From the NCBI GenBank assembly GCA_964016885.1, contig OZ024740.1, positions 213,156,001-213,220,000 on the forward strand: 64,000 nt of DNA, written 5' to 3'. Positions 53,080 to 64,000 of the stretch are shown here, piece by piece; position 1 is the first letter of the stretch, and each line of letters begins with the position of its first letter. Source of the stretch: Eledone cirrhosa (lineage: Eukaryota). The notes beneath the pieces were generated by a model. It saw only the letters and a program-made list of their open reading frames with translations. It searched no databases and was not told the origin of the DNA. The translations under genes were made by a program, and so were the position numbers.

Positions 53080-53631
53080 CACTCGGGTCCCAAATAATAA
53101 AAGGTGGGGTGGAAAATTGGTAATTTTTCTAGGTTGCTGTTGATTTTTTTAAAAACCAAAATTAGTCGTTTAGTTTACATATTCAGACCCCAACCCATCC
53201 TATTTATTTTATAATAAATGGGATTTTTAGTAATGTACTTCTTTTGTCATACATAATTGTTTCTACTTTTGGCACAAGGCCAGCAATTACCCAGTACATT
53301 ACTGGTACTTTATTTTATCGACCCCGTAAGGATGAAAGGCAAAGTTTACCTCGGCGGGATTTGAACTCAGAATGGCAAGGGCCGTAACTCTATGCGTCAA
53401 AGCATTGCGTCCGACCCTCTACCGATACTGCCAATCCACCATGTTTTCTAATGTATGAAGAAAATTAATTGTCGCAGGAATGCTACCACTTAAAATAAAA
53501 TTTCGCTGGAGATAGATAAGTAAAATTTAATAAGCAGGTGTGTGGGAGTTGAAATAAGAGTGGATGAGGTTGGAAAAATTTGAAAAATAAATATGAGAGG
53601 GGGTGGGGAGCAATTATTTGAGACCCGAGAG
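53080..53631. mobile_element. TA-flanked MITE containing a family A SINE (53258-53440); a partial extra left end lies at ~52884
   Basis: TA|CACTCGGGTCCCAAATAA ... TTATTTGAGACCCGAGAG|TA. Confidence 0.6.
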
Positions 53632-53766
53632 TATGAGAAATTTTATGAATAACTAGAATATTTCTAAAATATTATTTTAGTATTTTTAAAGTGTTGAATG
53701 GTTAAACATGGAACATCAAACAGAAACACAGAAAAAAGTTACATTTTTTTTTTTTTTTTTCTAATA

Positions 53767-53982
53767 ATGGTTTCTGATTTAGGTACATGGTCAATAATTT
53801 GGGGGGAGGAGAAAGTCGATTAAATCGACCCCAGTAGGTTACTGGTACTTTATTTTATCGACCCCTCGTAAAAATGGAAAGCAAAGCTAACCTCGGCAGG
53901 AATTGAACTTAGACTGTAAAGGGACGTAAGCTTATGCCGCTAAGCATACTGTTCGGTGCTCTACTGATTCTGCTAATCCACT
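53767..53982 (-). mobile_element. SINE family A
   Basis: Shared family A core motif. Confidence 0.8.
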
Positions 53983-54417
53983 GTGCTTGTTTAAAAATAA
54001 TAAAATGACTTATAAAAACAAATAAAAGTTAATGAAGTTTTCAAAAATATGCCTTAACCTACACTAGAATGGAAAAGTAGATGTAAATGATGATGACGAT
54101 GATGGTGATGATGGTGATGCTTCATTTACATTCATTTTCGTAAACTAAATGTCAGTAACAAATTTGATATACAATGCTTCATAAAAATATTTGTTATACC
54201 ATAAAGGTTTGTTACACCATATATGATCTTATGAAATGTGCCAGGGGTGGTGATAAAACCTTATCTATCTTTTTAAACAATGAGAGTTATGAACATGAAA
54301 TATCAAACAATATAAGACAGTAATATATAAACTTCATTCTCAGCAACAGAATAGCTTCATTGTTTCAAAGAGAAAAACTATCAAAATGACTCCATCCATT
54401 TGTTGGAGCAACATTAA

Positions 54418-54762
54418 CCCTTTATCATTTTACATTACTCTATATTTACTATTGTATATTCATGGTAAAGGCTTTATTCCACATAATTATCTCACATCAT
54501 ATCTCACATTACTCTATTGTATTTTCAAGGCAAAGGTTTTATCTCACATAATATCTCATAGAATTTACATTACTCTATATTTACTACTGCATTTTCATGG
54601 CAAAGGCTTTATCTCATAATATCGAATCTATGAGATTTTGATGACATTATTTATTTTGAGAACAATACCTTAACGTTGATATAAGCGCCCAGTTACAGTC
54701 GGTTTGAACAGAAAAAGGTGAGAGAATTCTGGCCAGATATGGCCAGTTTAAATGCTAAAGGG
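54418..54762. mobile_element. piggyBac-type MITE with an internal triplication
   Basis: TTAA|CCCTTT ... AAAGGG|TTAA; ACATTACTCTAT block repeated three times. Confidence 0.85.
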
Positions 54763-55427
54763 TTAATGATTTTTATTAAGTTTGTAATAACAGAAGGGAT
54801 GCATGAAAAACTTTTTGCTAAGTGGTCAAACTGAATATCTGATAACACAATTAAACAAAAATATTTTAAATTATTCATTACAATAAAGCAACAAACAATT
54901 AAATGGAAAAAAAAAACATTTTATAATTTTACAATGTGAAAAAATGGTAATTTGAATAAAGGTAGATAAAAAAATAGATTGCTTTATAGAAAAATGAAAA
55001 TATATATATATAATGTTTATTCCATGAAATTGAGTATATTATAAATGGAGAACATAATTGGTTTAATACTCAACAGTGGAATAAAGAGATGGATGAAATA
55101 AACAGTGGAAAGATTTAATGCCCTTTCAATATATGGATAACTGATAATTAAAACAATATCTACATATCAATACATTTGATTGATTCCAATTTGAAACATA
55201 GCAAAAAGAAAACAAAAATTACTCTTGTAGAAAGTTTTCTTTTTTTTTTTTTAATTAAAAAAAATTCTTTTTTTAACTAATTTAATCAATATATAATATA
55301 AAAGAGAGATGTTTATTGGTTGAATCACACAAAAACTACACACATACACATCTAAAGAGAGAGAGATACAGAATGGGAGAGATAGGCTGTTATACAGAGA
55401 TACAATTAAAATGTTAGATATTCAGAG

Positions 55428-55921
55428 AGAGAGAGAGAGACGTCCACAAAAGTATCAGTTGAAGGTTTAACAATATTGTGCTAGCTTTTATAAAGTCGCT
55501 CTACAGTCTTTGGTTTTACAGAAGAAAGAAAAATTGATACTATTTGAAATTAATCTACCCTTCCAGCTTTTATCCATATACTACTTACAGACCGTACTAA
55601 CGAAGCTAAACACTTCAGAAGCAATGTTATGCGGTATATTGCTGTGTTTCAGATGACGTCCTTTGGAGCTGAAAAAGATCATACTGACTATGGTTATTTC
55701 ACAATATTTAAAATCCAAGGCCAATGCTACAATTTAATTGGCAGTTTACTCCCCCAGCCTAATAAGGAAGTTTTAAGATTGTGTTTTTTGTCTCTCTCAC
55801 ACATATACATTACAGTCTCACCTCATACTGTAAACCAGACAACACATCCATTACAGTCGTTTTCTCTTTTATCCAACTTCTCTTAACTATTCTCCTGGGT
55901 GAAGCCGGGTACCTCAGCTAC
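55428..55921 (+). mobile_element. 5'-truncated copy of the non-autonomous Helitron
   Basis: ORF 55629..55886 is identical to 2888..3145; terminus reads CTAC instead of CTAG. Confidence 0.8.
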
Positions 55922-57362
55922 TATATATATACACCTATATAAAGTTCAATAATTTTGATATAAAAAACAATAATGCATAGATCAAATCTATCGTAATAAA
56001 TAGTTGTATATGTATACACTCACACACACACATATACATATATATGTAGAAATTCCACCCTGTCCCAAATGCAAACTATGGGTACACAAGATGTAGTGGG
56101 ATCTCAGAAAGTTTAGCTAAAAATATAGGTTTTACTTGTAGCTGCAGTGTAGGGGCAATAAGCAGCAAACAACCACAGAAAACAAGCACTATCAAATTCC
56201 TGGAAGGTTCAGTAGACAGCTTCTACTACCTGGGTGACCAAATTAACAACAGAGGTGAGTATTCTGAAAGTACAGTAGCCAGAGTAAAAATGGGATGGAA
56301 GAAGTTCAAGGAGCTACTACCACTGATAGCTGCAAAAGGCTTTTCCCTCAAAATGAAAGACAGACTGTATGATGTGTGCATACGAACAGCAATGTTTACA
56401 TGGTAGTGAGACCAGGGCACTGTGTGCAGAAGACTTGCATAGATTAAAAAGAAACGAAGCTTGCATACTCTGATGGATGTGTAATAGTAACTTACATAAC
56501 CGGCAAAGCATAAACGAACTGAGAGAGAAACTAAGCATAAGAGGAATCAGATGCAGTGTGCAGGAAAGAAGACTGCGTTGGTATGGACCTGTGATGCGTA
56601 TAAAGGGAGACAACTGTATAAAAAGGTGCAGTGCTCAACGTCGATGGAAGTCATGGAGTGGGGGGACCCAGGAAGACTTGAGATAAGGTGATAAAAGCTG
56701 ACCGCACTCAATTGCACCTCTCAAAGATGACAACACAGGACCAACATTTCTGGCCTAATACAGTAATACGGAAAACTCGCCTTAACATAGGCACAGGCTG
56801 AAGCTAAAGCATAGATATATAGTATGCACCAACCCACCCTACCTTCCCATACACCTCTCATGAGGACAGGCTGTAGCATACATCCAGGGAAGCCTCCAGC
56901 CCACACTGTAAAATGGTTGTGTAAATGTCACAACAAAAAACGCCCAGCCCACACTATGTGGTTGGTGTTAGGAAAGGCATCTAGCAGTAGAAATCAAGCC
57001 AGAAACAGTTCTCTATCACCTGACCCAACTTGCCTCAAACGAGATAACCCGTCTAACCATGCTAGCGTGGATAAATGGATGTTAAACAATGATATATATA
57101 TATATATATAGAGAGAGAGAGGATGTACCCCAAGAGTGTATACACTTTTATTAGAATGCTGTTTGTGTGAATACATTTTTGGAGTACTCCCGGTGTATAT
57201 ATATATATATATATATACTCATATATACATGCAGATATATATATATATACATACACATATATATATACGTACACATATATATATATACATACACACATAT
57301 ATATATATACATATATATATATATACATACACACATATATATACATACATATATATATACAT

Positions 57363-57403
<41 letters not shown>

Positions 57404-57484
57404 CATATATATATACATATATATATATACATACATATATATATATATAAATACATATATATATACATATATATATATACATAC

Positions 57485-57581
<97 letters not shown>

Positions 57582-58500
57582 CACATATATATATATACAC
57601 ACATATATATATACATACACACATATATATATATATACACACATATATATATATATATATATATAGTATTAAGGATACTATTTATGGTTATGTATGGAAT
57701 AAAACCTTTTATGGTTATATATTTTTTATACAAACCCTAAATAGTGAAAGATAGTCATTAATTACTATCTTATTACCAGTAAGATAAATAGCTCAATGTA
57801 ATAACATCAGTTGTTTTACAGAGCAGTTATATAGAGATTACAATAATCAAAGTTCAGCTTAAATCATTTATTTGCTTACAATTGTTTCCCCCAAATCGAT
57901 TCTTAATTAATTAAGAATCGACAAGATACGGTTTATAACTTGGTTATATGCTGAACCATCGTGAATTCTACGATAGACCCGTGTTCTATATATTGCGTCT
58001 CATGGATTATGTGAGTGGTGGTGTGCGCGAAGACAGTGGTACTGTTTTGCCTACGATATAATATGGTTTATAATATGTTTGATATTTTTGATATTTTGGT
58101 GTTTCTCTACATTTGGGAATGTTAAACAATTAAGGTGCATGCGAAAAAATGATTTAATAATTCAGCCCACATAATAATATCGATTGCCTGCTTCTACTGC
58201 CTGACCCTGCAAGTAACAATCTGACGCACTCTAATCCTGTATAAATAAGACACGCGTGCATGCTACACGTGAGATTTTTCCATACACTGACTACTCTAAA
58301 CTTTCCTCTTGCTTTATCTTCATAGACTGCCAATGCTTCATTTTTATTTTTATCTTTATTTTTATCCTTTAACCTTTATATGTAAATTGCCATGCTATAT
58401 CATTTTGATGGATGTCATCCCACTGTGGGTCAATATGTGCATGTTTTATATGTCTCTTGTGTTGAAAAGGAGGTCAAGTATGTTATAGATCACTAAATAG

Positions 58501-58549
58501 TTGCTCCGAAGAATCCAAACCTCGGTTTAGAGGAAACAATTGTAAGCAA
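58501..58549 (+). ncRNA. Hammerhead-like motif (mirror of 273-321)
   Basis: TTGCTCCGAAGAATCCAAACCTCGGTTTAGAGGAAACAATTGTAAGCAA, then AATAAA. Confidence 0.5.
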
Positions 58550-58591
58550 ATAAATGATTTAAACTGAACTTTGATTATTGTAATCTCTCTG

Positions 58592-58627
<36 letters not shown>

Positions 58628-58739
58628 TATATATATATATATACACATATATATATATATACATACTTATATATATACATACTTATATATATATATATAT
58701 ACACACATATACATATATATATATATATATACATACATA

Positions 58740-58770
<31 letters not shown>

Positions 58771-58880
58771 GTATACATACATACATATATATATATATAT
58801 ACACATATACATACATGTATATATACATATATATACATACATATATACAAATATGTAAACATATATATACATATGTATAG

Positions 58881-58939
<59 letters not shown>

Positions 58940-58989
58940 TATACATATATGTATACATATATATACATACATATACATATATATATATA

Positions 58990-59938
58990 TATCATCATCA
59001 TCGTTTAACGTCCCTGTTCCACGCTTGCATGGGTTTGGACGGGGGTTTTCCCACTTGAGGCAAGAGTGGTTGTCTTGCTCGCATAGGACTGTCTGGCGGG
59101 TTTTCTACAGCTGGATGCCCTTCCTAACACCAACCACATTTACAGTGTGGGTCTGGGAGGTTTTTACTGTGTTGCCTACACGGCCACATTACAGCGTGGA
59201 CTGTCTGGCGTGTTTTCTACAGCTGGATGCCCTTCCTAACACCAACCACATTTACAGTGTGGGGCTGGGAGGTTTTTACCGTGTTGCCTACACAGTCACA
59301 TTACAGCGTGGACTGTGTGTTTTTTTGTCATGACACCTACACGATCTCGTTTGTTTCAGCCTGGATGTGGTGGCACCAACATAACTTTGCATTGAAGGGG
59401 GCGGTGTGGATGGGGTGGGACGGGGGTGTATTTTGTTAGAGATGCCTACTGACTAGTAGGTTTTACTTTGTATTTATGTGAGGCGGGTCTTCTCTGTTAC
59501 TGAGTACCACCAAAGGTCTCGGTCCAGTGACATTGTCTTGGAGAGGTGTAAGTGTGTGAGGTTGGAATTTATCAGCTCGTCCCAGGTTTTCATGGGTCTG
59601 CCTACTCCGTGGCTACCATCTATCTTTATTGCCCTGCACTTTGTTATACAGCTGTCGTCTTTCATGCACATCACGTGACCATACCAACGTAGCCTTCTCT
59701 CGAGTAAACAACATCTGATCCCTCTTATTTCTAATTTTTTCCTTAGTTCGTTTATGCTTTGCCGTTCACGTATATTACTATTACACATCCAGCGGAGCAT
59801 GCAAGCTTCGTTCCTCTCTAGTCTGCGTATATCCTCTGCACACAATGCCCAGGTCTCACTGCCATGCAACATTGCTGTTCGTATGCAGGCATCGTACAGC
59901 CTGCCTTTCATTTTTAGGGAGAACCCTTTAGCGGCTAA
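58990..59938 (-). mobile_element. RTE LINE 3' end with a ~120-bp tandem duplication in the 3'UTR and a (GAT)n tail
   Basis: ORF 59474..59959 [35 protein letters not shown]. Confidence 0.85.
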
Positions 59939-60187
59939 TATATATACATATATGTACATATATGTATATATATATACATATATGTATATATATATACATA
60001 TATGTATATATATACATATACATATATGTATTCATGTATATACATACATATATATATACACATATACATATATATTCATACATATACATATATTACATAT
60101 ATATACATACATTACATATATATACATACATATACATATATGTATATATATATACACACACACATACTTATATGTATGCATATATAT

Positions 60188-60248
<61 letters not shown>

Positions 60249-60349
60249 CATAGAATATATACATATACATATATATATAAATATATATCATCATCATCAT
60301 CATCATCATCGTTTAACGTCCATGTTCCACGCTTGCATGGGTTTGGACG

Positions 60350-60391
<42 letters not shown>

Positions 60392-60453
60392 TCATCATCA
60401 TCATTTCATTTTACGTCCACTTTTCCCTGCTTGCAATATATATATATACATAT

Positions 60454-60518
<65 letters not shown>

Positions 60519-60607
60519 CATACATACATATATATACACACCCACATATATAAATATATATATATACACATATACATATACATACATACATACATGTACA
60601 CCCGCAC

Positions 60608-60649
<42 letters not shown>

Positions 60650-60669
60650 CCTGTATTCAATATATGTCC

Positions 60670-60702
<33 letters not shown>

Positions 60703-61352
60703 TTGTGAAATAGACTGGTTTACACACGTGGTTGTCGCTAACCAGCTCGCTACTCTATATTGCTGTATAATAGATGCTGGCATTTAATGTCCGGATAAAG
60801 GTTCTAGACACTACCACTGCTACTATCACTATCCTATCGCCATGGGACTGCTATTTCTAATAACCAACTTTTCACTATCTTATTAATTTGTGTTTGAGAC
60901 ACGTTGGCTGAGAGCTTTTGACAGGAGCGGAAATATTTGTTTTCTAATCTCCCGCCACCACGTAAATTTGTAAATCGGTGGCCGATCAGGGGACAGAATT
61001 GTATCAGATTCCAGTTGCTAATCACTTTACTGTGTCAGCCGTCACAAACAGTCATAGCCGGCATGGACTGGTGTTGAATTCTGTCGATCGATTGGTTATT
61101 GATTAGGCGATACCCGCTGATGAAGCCACATGCGCCGATTATGTATTGTTGCATAATATATGCAGACAGAGGGTGCAGTGCACCCTACTGCTGAATTAAG
61201 TCCGGGAACTACTATAGGCACCCGTTAACGTGTGTTGTATTGAAGCGAATAACTATGTGTATACTCTGGGAATGTACTCTACGTTGCCTATTGAGTACGC
61301 TCAGATACAACCGGTCCTGGCATTGATAAATATGCTAGGCCCATCAACTCCT

Positions 61353-61398
<46 letters not shown>

Positions 61399-62121
61399 GT
61401 TCCACACATTTTTTGTCAATCAAATTTCACTTAGAAAGTCAGAAGCACGTGGTTGCAAGCATCAAACGTATTAACCACACTGGCCTATGCCTGAACAATA
61501 CATATTTTCATGTTATTCACACTTTGGGATCAACATGTTTAAGATGCTTAAAGCCTATACAACTTCAAAAGTAGACAAGGACAATGCCCTTACATGAAAC
61601 CAGTCAAGTGTAAGAGATTTAGACTGACAAAGAAGCTAGATATTAGCTCTGCAACGTTCACTTCGATTATGAAATAGGAGTACATCAAAGGGCAAAACTA
61701 TTGATTTTTTCCCATCAGGATGTTTTTACTGGTTCAATAGAATCATTGATTTGACTGAAACCATTGATGATTATTACAATGCATTCAGCAAATCATTAAA
61801 ATATTGTACTAAGTTTTCATGAGTCATCTTGTGAATAACCTGTTTTGTTTTTCTACAAAGTCCACAAACACTCTGGTTATAACACCCACAAACACACAAC
61901 TGAAGGTAAATAATATAATAAAACAGCAAGAATCATTATCATCATCAGCATCATCGTTTTTATATCCATTTCTCCATGCTAGCATGGATTGGACAAAACC
62001 TTTTGAGACAATATTCTAATGCCTTTTGATGCCAACCCCCTGATGAAGTCACAGAATATATATATCATCACCATTCAATGTCTGGTTTCCCATCTATACA
62101 TATATCAACGGCTAGCATTAA

Positions 62122-62364
62122 CTCTTTAGCATTTAAACCGGCTGTATTCTGCCAGAATTCCCTCACTTTACTGTTCAAACCGGTTGCTCATACTGATGTT
62201 AAGGTATTGTTCTCAAAATAAATAATATCAAAATCTCATAGATTCAATATTACGAGAGATAATATGTGAGATAAAGCCTTTACCATGAAAATACAATAGT
62301 ATATATAGAGTAATGTAAATTGAAAATACAATAGTATATATAGAGTAATGTAAATGCTAAAGGG
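62122..62364. mobile_element. piggyBac-type MITE
   Basis: TTAA|CTCTTTAGCATTT ... AAATGCTAAAGGG|TTAA. Confidence 0.85.
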
Positions 62365-62367
62365 TTA

Positions 62368-62443
<76 letters not shown>

Positions 62444-62664
62444 TATAAATATAAATACATATATATATATATAGATACATACATATTTATATATACATAC
62501 ACATACATATATGTTTGTATGGTCCCGTAACTCCTGATAGAGTTGTAGGGGGCGCCGTATTACAATACAGCGTTTCTTGGACATTTTAAGCCAGGCGGAG
62601 CCCACCCCTCTCCAAGCTTGAGTACAGCAGATTTCTTCCAGAGAAAATAAGAAAGAGATATAGA

Positions 62665-63000
62665 GGAAGAATCGACCCCAGTACTTAACTGGTACTTTTT
62701 TTATCGACCTCAAAGAGATGAAAGGTAAAGTTGATCTCAGCGGGATTTGAGAGCCGGAACAAATACCATAACGCATTCTATCCGATGTTCTAACAAGAAT
62801 GCCAATTCACCACCTATATTACATATATACATATACATACGTATACATACATATACACACATATATACATATATATATATATATATAATTGTTTCTACGT
62901 TAGGCACAAGGCCAGCAATTACCCAGTGCATTACTGGTACTTTATTTTATCGACCCCGTAAGGATGAAAGGCAAAATTAACCTTGGCGGGATTTGAACTC
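62665..63000 (-). mobile_element. Two family A SINE copies (~62665-62815 and ~62888-63000)
   Basis: Shared family A core motif. Confidence 0.8.
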
Positions 63001-63296
63001 ATATATATATATAATATATATATATATAATATATATATATATAATAATAGATGTTAAGACGTAATAGATGTAGATCCAAAGAGGGCTCGAGAAGGATAAA
63101 TATATAGGTCCCGTAAAAGCAACGATTTTTTGCTTAAACTTTAATCTGTTATTTTAATATTTCTACAAACTGACCAATGAGAATTAAGACTATTCCTGCT
63201 GACCACATTAAATTATTCCTAACAAGCTCATATGTCCTAAGGCTCTGATACCATCAACACTATAAACACAGAGCTGGCATATCTAAGAACTGACTA

Positions 63297-63352
63297 ACTG
63301 CCTGATGAGGTCGTAGCCATTTAATGGCTATCATCAAAATATATATAGCAGT
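63297..63352 (+). ncRNA. Minimal hammerhead-like motif in a PLE-type pLTR (~63050-63400)
   Basis: ACTGC-CTGATGA-GGTCG TAGCCAT TTA ATGGCTA TCATC-AAAA-TATATATA-GCAGT; TATAAA upstream and AATAAA directly downstream. Confidence 0.55.
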
Positions 63353-63393
63353 AAATAAAGGATTATGAGTTCATGCAATTGACTTATGTTTCG

Positions 63394-63451
<58 letters not shown>

Positions 63452-63556
63452 CATCATCGTTTAACATCTATCTTCCACACTACCATGAGTTAGATGGGAT
63501 TGTCCCACTTGAGGCAAGATTGGTTGGGTGACCGTGTCTTGTTCATATAGGACGGC

Positions 63557-63587
<31 letters not shown>

Positions 63588-63769
63588 TACACATGAAACT
63601 TGTTTAAAGGAGTGAAAATCCTCTCAAAATGTTCCAGAATGACATGATACTTAAAAATTAAAATTTAGCACCACAGAAATTTTGAATAGATTTTCAATTT
63701 CCCTGCTTCTAATTTTTATATTTTTAATAAAGTTTCCAAAACCACTCAAAGTTTTGAAAACTTTGGTTA

Positions 63770-63990
63770 GAATGTCTGAGGAAAGAATTGCTGGACATAT
63801 TTTATGGGCAAAACCAACTGGCAAGAGACCCATGGGTAAACACCGAGCAAGATGGTTGGATAACATCCATGAGCTTGGCTGGTCACGCTTGGGGATCCAG
63901 CCGGATCAGTTGAGGATGGTTGCTTCTGAGAAGACACACTGGAAGGAGTGTTTGAGGACTCTGCCCCCTCAGGAATAAGTGGGAGAAGAA
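63770..63990 (+). mobile_element. RTE LINE C-terminal fragment
   Basis: RMSEERIAGHILWAKPTGKRPMGKHRARWLDNI. Confidence 0.75.
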
Positions 63991-64000
63991 AAAGAAAGTT

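Larger units (their letters stand above)
55428..58819. repeat. Partner of the inverted duplication at 1-3346
   Basis: Reverse-complement identity over about 3.4 kb. Confidence 0.95.

Noticed and set aside
61110-61150. Complete hammerhead at CTGATGAAGCC
   Set aside because: No GAAA and no stem I pairing found; kept only as a hint within the unexplained insert.

Overview
Eukaryotic, AT-rich, transposon-saturated DNA with no recognisable host gene. The SINE/MITE families and long (TA)n/(CATA)n microsatellites resemble an Octopus (cephalopod) genome; this is inferred from remembered repeat motifs. A 200-N gap lies at 4702-4901, and 1-3346 is a near-identical inverted copy of 55428-58819, probably an uncollapsed haplotype. 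Mobile elements include: a young RTE LINE with three C-terminal C2H2 fingers; an older RTE holding a three-level nest (CRE-like fragment plus R4/Dong-like element); further R4-like copies in (CATA)n; a LINE with a 2.5-kb internal inversion; three Penelope-like elements; two hAT elements; a solo LTR; and many SINEs and MITEs. A Chapaev3-like DNA transposon (13-bp TIRs, AAA TSD) carries about 5.3 kb of Helitron cargo. Most unusual: (i) the Helitron RepHel cassette is bracketed by ~60-bp direct repeats rather than canonical ends; (ii) a small Helitron family carries a hammerhead-ribozyme-like module; (iii) several different minimal hammerhead-like motifs occur, each followed by a polyA-type signal. 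Most ORFs in the supplied track are microsatellite artefacts.
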